Assembly: GCA_040755995.1 (NCBI GenBank)
Contig: JBFMAF010000023.1
Span: 128,001-192,000, forward strand
Source: Acidobacteriota bacterium
Lineage (GTDB): Bacteria; Acidobacteriota; CAIWXX01
Direction of reading: 5' to 3'
DNA length: 64,000 bases
The position numbers and the translations under genes were made by a program. Positions 58,582 through 64,000 of this stretch are shown here, piece after piece. Under the pieces are notes generated by a model, which was given only the letters and a program-made list of their open reading frames with translations, was not told the origin of the DNA and ran no database searches. Position 1 is the first letter of the stretch. Every line of letters begins with the position of its first letter.

Positions 58582-59013
58582 ATGGCTGAGCTGATGATGG
58601 TGGTCGTGGCGGGGGCCGCGTTTGCGTTCATGCTGCTGCCGATCCTGCGCCCGGCAGCCGGCGGGGAAGAGAGAGAGGCGACCGACAGTGGAGATCGTTC
58701 CGCGAGGGAGAAGCGGGAGCAGCTGCTCGACAATCTTGCCGATCTGGACGTAGACCTCAAGATGGGCAAGCTCAGCGAGCATGATTATGAGCGTAATCGA
58801 GAGGCCGCCCAGCGTGAGCTTCGCGCGGCGGAGGCGCGCACGACGGGGTTTCAGGGGAAGACACCGACTGCCCCTCAGGCGAGGACTGGGTCTGCCACCG
58901 CGACCGCGGCGCCCGCCGCCGATAGTCCCAGGAGGTGCAGCGGGTGCGGCGTAACCAATCCTCCGGCCAGCAAGTTCTGCAACGAGTGTGGAGCGCGATT
59001 CGATGCGGCATAG
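58582..59013 (+). CDS. TM-anchored coiled-coil protein with C-terminal zinc ribbon
   Basis: TM helix, DLD.D.KMGKLSE.DY, CSGCG....FCNECG. Confidence 0.8.
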   Translation: MAELMMVVVAGAAFAFMLLPILRPAAGGEEREATDSGDRSAREKREQLLDNLADLDVDLKMGKLSEHDYERNREAAQRELRAAEARTTGFQGKTPTAPQARTGSATATAAPAADSPRRCSGCGVTNPPASKFCNECGARFDAA

Positions 59014-60055
59014 GTCGGCAGTCTCATGCATGGCGGGCGTACTTCTGGCCATGTTCTCGTCCGCCGGGATGTCGGAGGCAGCCGAGCTGCGTTGCCGTGT
59101 AGTGAACGGAACGACCGGTGGGCCCTGTTCGCCGGATGCCTTCGCCTTGATGAAGCTCGCGGAGGGGATGGAGGAAGTCGAGTCGCGCGAGAATCCGGGG
59201 GCCGAATTCTCGGTGGCCGGCCTATCCAAAGACGCACAGTACCTCCTTCAGGTGGCCTACAAGGGTGTGAGGTACAACTCAACCATCAGCTTCAGCGGCG
59301 GCGACCGGCAGGACATGGAGCTGAGCGTGTATGAACTGGGCCACGATGACAGCCTCCTCCGCCTCCGCAGACTCAGCCTCCGTATCACGCTCGATGCCGG
59401 CTGGATGCTCGTGGACCAGACGATCGAGGCACTGAACATGGACAAGCATGTCTATGCCGACAGCAGGAACGGCAGCTTGAGGTTCTCGCTGCCCGCGGGC
59501 GTTGGGCAAGTCGAGTCGGTGTTCGTAACCTCGACGCACATGCCCACACGGCAAGACGTGGTGTCGCTGGCGGGAACGCCGCAATTCGCCCTCGACTATC
59601 CGCTGAAGCCGGGCCCAACCCAGATCCAGATGTCATTCCGCGCTCCCTACAACGGGAGCTACGACTACCGACAGAGATTCGAATATCCAGTCGAGAACGT
59701 CGAAATCGTGGTTGCCCCGCCTTCGGTAGTGGTTGAAGGCGCCGCCGTGAAGCCGCTGCAGGGCCCGCCTGCGGACGAGGTCGCAGTGTACGGGGCCGGT
59801 CCCATATCGTCCGGCGGGGATCTCGCGTTCATCCTCAAAGGAGAATCGATGCCGGCCTCTTCGGGAGTCTCGACCGAAGAAGGAATGCAGGCCGAGACTC
59901 AGAGCGACATTGTCGAGCACCCGCTGGCGCTCTATCACTACAAGCTTCATCTCATCCTGCTGATGACGTGCGCGATGAGCCTGGCCTTCTGGTTTGGTTT
60001 GCGCGAGCCGCCCCCGCCCCCCAGTCCAGCGCCCAGGACGAAGAAACGAAAATGA
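58988..60055 (+). CDS. Exported membrane-anchored hypothetical protein in the ccm operon; start uncertain
   Basis: Signal peptide, VVNGTTG, YKGVRY, C-terminal TM helix. Confidence 0.65.
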   Translation: MERDSMRHRSAVSCMAGVLLAMFSSAGMSEAAELRCRVVNGTTGGPCSPDAFALMKLAEGMEEVESRENPGAEFSVAGLSKDAQYLLQVAYKGVRYNSTISFSGGDRQDMELSVYELGHDDSLLRLRRLSLRITLDAGWMLVDQTIEALNMDKHVYADSRNGSLRFSLPAGVGQVESVFVTSTHMPTRQDVVSLAGTPQFALDYPLKPGPTQIQMSFRAPYNGSYDYRQRFEYPVENVEIVVAPPSVVVEGAAVKPLQGPPADEVAVYGAGPISSGGDLAFILKGESMPASSGVSTEEGMQAETQSDIVEHPLALYHYKLHLILLMTCAMSLAFWFGLREPPPPPSPAPRTKKRK

Positions 60056-60067
60056 AGTCGTGCTGCG

Positions 60068-60107
60068 GACGCGGTGACGCGGAGACGCGGAGACGCGGTG
60101 ACACGGT
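60068..60107 (+). repeat. Octamer tandem repeat GACGCGG(T/A) x5
   Basis: Directly visible; related units at about 8967-9050. Confidence 0.9.
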
Positions 60108-60176
60108 CGCCGGCTTGGCGATCCTGGTCGTTGCGCGAGCCGTGCTGCGAGCGGCGACTCCAGCTGGCCGCGGGCA

Positions 60177-60896
60177 TTGAAGGACTTGACTCAGCCGGAA
60201 GGCCTCGTTGCCGACAATCTGTCCAGGGCTTACGGGTACGTCTACGCTCTGAAGGAGGTCAGCCTGACCGTAAGGGCTGGTGAGGCAGTCGGAGTCTTCG
60301 GACCGAACGGCGCAGGCAAGAGCACACTCTTGCGGATCGCGGCTGGATTGCTGCGTCCATCCTCGGGGACGGTGCGAGTCTTTGGCGGCGATCTCTGGGA
60401 GACACTCGGGCTGCGGGGAAAGGTCGGGTTTCTGTCGCACGCGATCGGGCTCTATCCCAACCTGACGGTGCGTGAGAACCTGTCGTTCTTCGCGGAGCTC
60501 GCAGGAGTCGGAGCCGCGTCCCGGCGGGCCGATGACGTGATCGTCCGCCTCGAGCTCGATCGATACGCATCCACCGAGGTGCGCCACCTCAGCCGAGGAT
60601 GGCAGCAGCGCGCGGCGATTGCCCGCGGGCTGCTCGCAGACCCGCGGCTGCTGCTGTGGGACGAACCCTTCAGCGGACTGGACGAGAAAACGTGCGAAAT
60701 GGTCTCCCGCCTGCTGGCCGAGTTCAAGTCGGAAGGGCGGACGGCGCTCGTGGCCTCGCACGAATTCGATCGCACAATGACCGTCTGCGAGCGGGCGGTC
60801 GTCATCGATCGCGGCCGGCTCGCCTTCGATGGGCATGGCGCCGAAGCCTCCGACGCCTACCGGCGTATCATCGGCGTGGCGAAGAGCGCCGCATAG
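60177..60896 (+). CDS. ccmA: Heme exporter ATP-binding protein CcmA
   Basis: GPNGAGKS, LSRGWQQR, WDEPFSGLD, SH; ccm context. Confidence 0.88.
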   Translation: MKDLTQPEGLVADNLSRAYGYVYALKEVSLTVRAGEAVGVFGPNGAGKSTLLRIAAGLLRPSSGTVRVFGGDLWETLGLRGKVGFLSHAIGLYPNLTVRENLSFFAELAGVGAASRRADDVIVRLELDRYASTEVRHLSRGWQQRAAIARGLLADPRLLLWDEPFSGLDEKTCEMVSRLLAEFKSEGRTALVASHEFDRTMTVCERAVVIDRGRLAFDGHGAEASDAYRRIIGVAKSAA

Positions 60897-61024
60897 GAAT
60901 CCCGCATGACTCTCAGGAGATGGCGGGGCCGCCGGCACACGCACGAACTTGCGCACGTCCGGCCGCTGACAACCGGCAACGGCCCACTGACAACTCCCTG
61001 CCGATCGCTCCAGTCCGGACTCGT

Positions 61025-61711
61025 ATGAAAGGCTCACTGAGACAACTGTCTGCCCTCTACCTGAAGGATATCCGTCTGGAAATGCGCTCGAAGGAGGCAC
61101 TCCTCCCGATGGCCGTCTTCGGGCTCCTCATCCTCACCATCTCGAATTTCTCGTTCGAGCTGAGCAACGATCAGATGAGAACCGCAGCCGGCGGAATTCT
61201 CTGGATTGCGATCACATTCAGCCTGACGCTCGGCATCAGCCGTTCGTTCGCACTCGAGAAAGAGTTCGGCAGCCTCGACTCGACGCTGCTCATGCCCGTC
61301 GAACGCGGGCTCGTGTTTCTCGGCAAGCTGCTCTCAAACCTCACCTTCGCGTTCGTACAGGAGGCGGTGCTGCTGCCCTTTTTCTTCGTCTTCTTCAACT
61401 TCCCCCTCTTCGACAACTTCGCCTGGTTCTTGCTGGTGCTTTTCCTCGGGACCGTCGGGTTTTGCGCCGTGAGCACTCTGTTCTCCGCGCTCACCCTGAG
61501 CGCCCGAATGCGCGAGATCCTCCTCCCGTTGCTCGTGTTCCCGGTCTTCGTACCGGCCGTCATCGGCGCCGTCAAGGCCACCGCTGTGATCATCCGCGCC
61601 GAGCCGCTGCCCTGGGCATTCCCCTGGATCAAACTGCTAGTTGCCTTCGACGCAGTATTGCTGACCCTCGGCTACGTGCTGTTCGAGTACGTACTGGAGG
61701 AGCAGACGTGA
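61025..61711 (+). CDS. ccmB: Heme exporter permease CcmB
   Basis: KDIRLEMRSKE, GGILW, RSF..EKE.G.LD, REILLPLLVFP. Confidence 0.92.
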   Translation: MKGSLRQLSALYLKDIRLEMRSKEALLPMAVFGLLILTISNFSFELSNDQMRTAAGGILWIAITFSLTLGISRSFALEKEFGSLDSTLLMPVERGLVFLGKLLSNLTFAFVQEAVLLPFFFVFFNFPLFDNFAWFLLVLFLGTVGFCAVSTLFSALTLSARMREILLPLLVFPVFVPAVIGAVKATAVIIRAEPLPWAFPWIKLLVAFDAVLLTLGYVLFEYVLEEQT

Positions 61712-61892
61712 GCCTCGATCATGCAAGAGGACCGTGCCCGCGCCCGTTCATTTGCCCGAGAAGGACGGGTCGGGAACTCGTTCCATTCGGGAGCAGCGAC
61801 ATGCATTCCCCCGGATCCGTTGAGCGCCCCGATCAATCGATCATGCGGGACGCTTGACGGTCGGGACGGCGTCTGATGAAATGGATCACGCC

Positions 61893-62585
61893 ATGAGTCG
61901 AGGCAATCCGATATGGACGGCCGCCACATACGCGTTGCTGGTCTTGATGCTCGCCGATCTCTACCTCGTCTTCATTTGGGCGCCCACAGAGAAGACCATG
62001 GGCGATGTGCAGCGGATCTTCTACTTCCACGTCCCTTCCGCGTGGGTCGCGTTTCTTGCGTTCTTCATGGTCTTTATCGGGAGCGTCGCCTACCTCATCA
62101 AGCGCGACCTGCGCTACGACCGGCTGGCGCTCGCTTCCGCCGAAATCGGTGTCGCGTTCTGCACCATAGTGCTCGTGACCGGCCCGATCTGGGCCCGGCC
62201 GGCGTGGGGCATCTGGTGGACGTGGGACGCACGCCTGACCTCGACACTCGTGCTCTGGCTCATCTACGCGAGCTACCTGCTGCTGCGCGGCTTCGTCGAG
62301 GAACCGCTGCGTAAGGCTGTGCTCGCGGCCGTAGTCGGCATCGTCGGCTTCGCCGACGTGCCGATCGTCTACATGTCGATCCGCTGGTGGAGAACGCAGC
62401 ACCCGTCGCCGGTTTTCGGTGGAGGCCAGGGCAGCGGGCTGGATCCGGAGATGCGTGTGGCTTTCTTCTTCTCGCTCGCCGTCTTCACCCTCCTCTTCGC
62501 GGTTCTCGTAAGCTTCTCGGCACGCGTGAAAAGCTCCGAGCACCTGCTCGGCACGCTCCGCCGCCGGCTCGCCATCAAGGAGTAG
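61893..62585 (+). CDS. ccmC: Heme exporter CcmC
   Basis: QRIFYFHVPSAW, GPIWARPAWGIWWTWDARLT, WWRTQHP. Confidence 0.95.
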   Translation: MSRGNPIWTAATYALLVLMLADLYLVFIWAPTEKTMGDVQRIFYFHVPSAWVAFLAFFMVFIGSVAYLIKRDLRYDRLALASAEIGVAFCTIVLVTGPIWARPAWGIWWTWDARLTSTLVLWLIYASYLLLRGFVEEPLRKAVLAAVVGIVGFADVPIVYMSIRWWRTQHPSPVFGGGQGSGLDPEMRVAFFFSLAVFTLLFAVLVSFSARVKSSEHLLGTLRRRLAIKE

Positions 62586-62593
62586 GCACCGAA

Positions 62594-62725
62594 ATGGCCT
62601 ATCTTTTCGCCGCATACTGCTTCGTCTGGTTGGCCCTCTTCGGCTATCTGCGCTACCTGCAAAATCGTTTGAATTCGCTGCAGACCGAGGTGGAACGCCT
62701 GAAAGACGCCGTCGAGAAGCCGTAG
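62594..62725 (+). CDS. ccmD: CcmD-family small protein
   Basis: MAYLFAAYCFVWLALFGYL plus a coiled tail, directly after ccmC. Confidence 0.8.
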   Translation: MAYLFAAYCFVWLALFGYLRYLQNRLNSLQTEVERLKDAVEKP

Positions 62726-62786
62726 GCGCCGGCCCGTCCCGGCCTGCTCCCGCAAGCCGAGCAGGGCGCGGATTCCATCGACGGCG

Positions 62787-62969
62787 TCAGTCGGACTTCT
62801 TGACAACCTTGGAATCGTCCGGGTCGGGTTCTCCGGAGATTCCCTTCTTGAAGCCGCGGATGCCCTCGCCGAGCCCCTTCATAAGCTCGGGGATGCGCTT
62901 GGCTCCGAAGAGCAGCACCACGACGGCGACAATAAGCAGAATCTCCCAAAAGCCCAAGTTCCCAATCAT
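62787..62969 (-). CDS. tatA: Twin-arginine translocase TatA
   Basis: [38 protein letters not shown]. Confidence 0.95.
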   Translation of the reverse strand: MIGNLGFWEILLIVAVVVLLFGAKRIPELMKGLGEGIRGFKKGISGEPDPDDSKVVKKSD

Positions 62970-62987
62970 GACGACCTCCCGCGCAAC

Positions 62988-64000
62988 CTACAGGATGATT
63001 CTTTCATCTTTGTCCCGGCGGGTCAATCGCTGGCGGTCGAGGAACTCGAGGAGCGGGATGGCGAGCTTGCGGGTGGTTGCCGAGAGGTCCTTGAACTCGC
63101 CAACGCTGATTCGCGGCTTGCGCTGCTTGAACGCGCGCAGCGCCTGAGCCAGATCCAGCAGTCCATCCGCGTGGATCCAGATATCCTGAGCCACGCGCAA
63201 GAGGCGTTTCTCGTTCAGCAGCATCGAGACGAAGGGAAGCACCGCAGTGGCAGGCTGCCGCGTTGTTGCGAGCAGCTCCGAGAGCTCGAGCGGCCGCCGG
63301 CCTGCCTTCTTGAACAGCGTTTCGATCTGCCCGCGGAGGCCGGATTCTTCCGGCCGAAGTTGCACGCTGAATCCGGCCAGCGCAACGGTTCCTGCCGAGA
63401 CCTTCAGCCTCGCGGTGTTCACGAGCCTCTCGATAGCGGGCGCGGTGACAGGCTCGTCCAACTTCATCTGCGCGTAGAGCTCGCGGAGCGGAAGGCCGGG
63501 TTTGAGCGGGTTGGCCGCGTGAAACGCTTCGACCTTCTTGACGATACTGCTCTCCAGCCGTTCAAGCGCCTCTGCCCAGACCAGCCTCTGCTGTTTGCCC
63601 TCGCCTACGAGCACCGCACGGTCCCCTAGCCACCGTCGCAGGTGCTCCTCGTCCGGCCTGCGGCCGGCTCTCTGGACGATGGCTTCCAGTGGAAGTCCCG
63701 CGTGCCCCCGCAGTCGGACCAGTGGCTCCAGTTCGCCCGCGGCAAGCTGCTCGAGGTCGCTCACGAAGTGCTTTCGGACGGGCCTGTCCGGAAGGTTGTC
63801 CACGACCCGGCCGCCTCCGTGCGTTTCGACCGGCGAGAAAGATCGCAGGATGAACGGGTCGCCCTGCAGGACCAGAAGCGGGTCTTCGAGCCGGATTTCG
63901 GAAAAGACCGGGGGAGATCCCGGCTCCAGCTCCTTGCCCGCGAGCAGGTAGCAGCGGCCAAGAACTTCGGCCGAGCCGGCGCACACGCGGACTCGCTCGC
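62988..64000 (-). CDS. selB: Selenocysteine-specific elongation factor, C-terminal part (5' end outside the window)
   Basis: GDPFILRSFSP..T.GGG.V, FH..NPLKPG, FKDL..TTRKLAIPLLEFLD....TRR..D.R. Confidence 0.92.
   Translation of the reverse strand, partial: ERVRVCAGSAEVLGRCYLLAGKELEPGSPPVFSEIRLEDPLLVLQGDPFILRSFSPVETHGGGRVVDNLPDRPVRKHFVSDLEQLAAGELEPLVRLRGHAGLPLEAIVQRAGRRPDEEHLRRWLGDRAVLVGEGKQQRLVWAEALERLESSIVKKVEAFHAANPLKPGLPLRELYAQMKLDEPVTAPAIERLVNTARLKVSAGTVALAGFSVQLRPEESGLRGQIETLFKKAGRRPLELSELLATTRQPATAVLPFVSMLLNEKRLLRVAQDIWIHADGLLDLAQALRAFKQRKPRISVGEFKDLSATTRKLAIPLLEFLDRQRLTRRDKDERIIL

Noticed and set aside
1034..61100. Many long antisense or alternate-frame ORFs (e.g. 1034-2254, 7632-8984, 42799-44361, 46078-47568, 59952-61100)
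   Set aside because: Shadow ORFs expected in high-GC DNA; they overlap well-supported genes and have no motifs.
1..64000. CRISPR array or cas genes
   Set aside because: The repeats are short tandem or hairpin types with no constant repeat-spacer period; no Cas motifs seen.
62988..64000. Selenoprotein genes (in-frame TGA) suggested by selB
   Set aside because: No ORF in the window showed a TGA at a conserved Cys position; not exhaustively testable by eye.

Overview
GC-rich bacterial chromosome segment; gene content and intergenic repeat style suggest an Acidobacteriota-like organism (low confidence). Backbone genes: an exopolysaccharide locus (CapD-like dehydratase, CpsB-type phosphatase, O-antigen ligase, Wza-like exporter, TPR proteins), flavodiiron protein FprA, MscS-cNMP, a metal uptake operon, an octaheme HAO-family cytochrome, an ECF sigma/anti-sigma pair, xerC-trmFO, mscL, a Ser/Thr kinase, two hybrid histidine kinases, an M28 peptidase, a phosphohexomutase, ftsB, suhB, carD, a CNNM/CorC protein, a Ccm operon (CxxxY-type CcmE), tatA and the 3' part of selB. 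There are two accessory regions. (1) A complete 6.9-kb element integrated in tRNA-Val(TAC), bounded by an exact 49-bp direct repeat (14706-14754 / 21596-21644). It is all one strand and has no capsid genes. It encodes an HTH-initiator/NrS-1-type primase-polymerase fusion with internal iterons, a TerS-like protein plus an HTH-less paralog, an ERCC4 nuclease, Xis, an XRE regulator and an integrase. This candidate phage satellite is the best lead in the window. (2) A decaying island at about 31.1-38.6 kb with heptose-pathway remnants, IS630 and RIT remnants, and a toxin-like gene frameshifted by a 17-bp duplication. Several families of short hairpin-forming repeats occupy gene junctions, including a 214-bp multi-hairpin MITE-like element. 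All protein assignments come from motif recognition by eye; no database searches were run.
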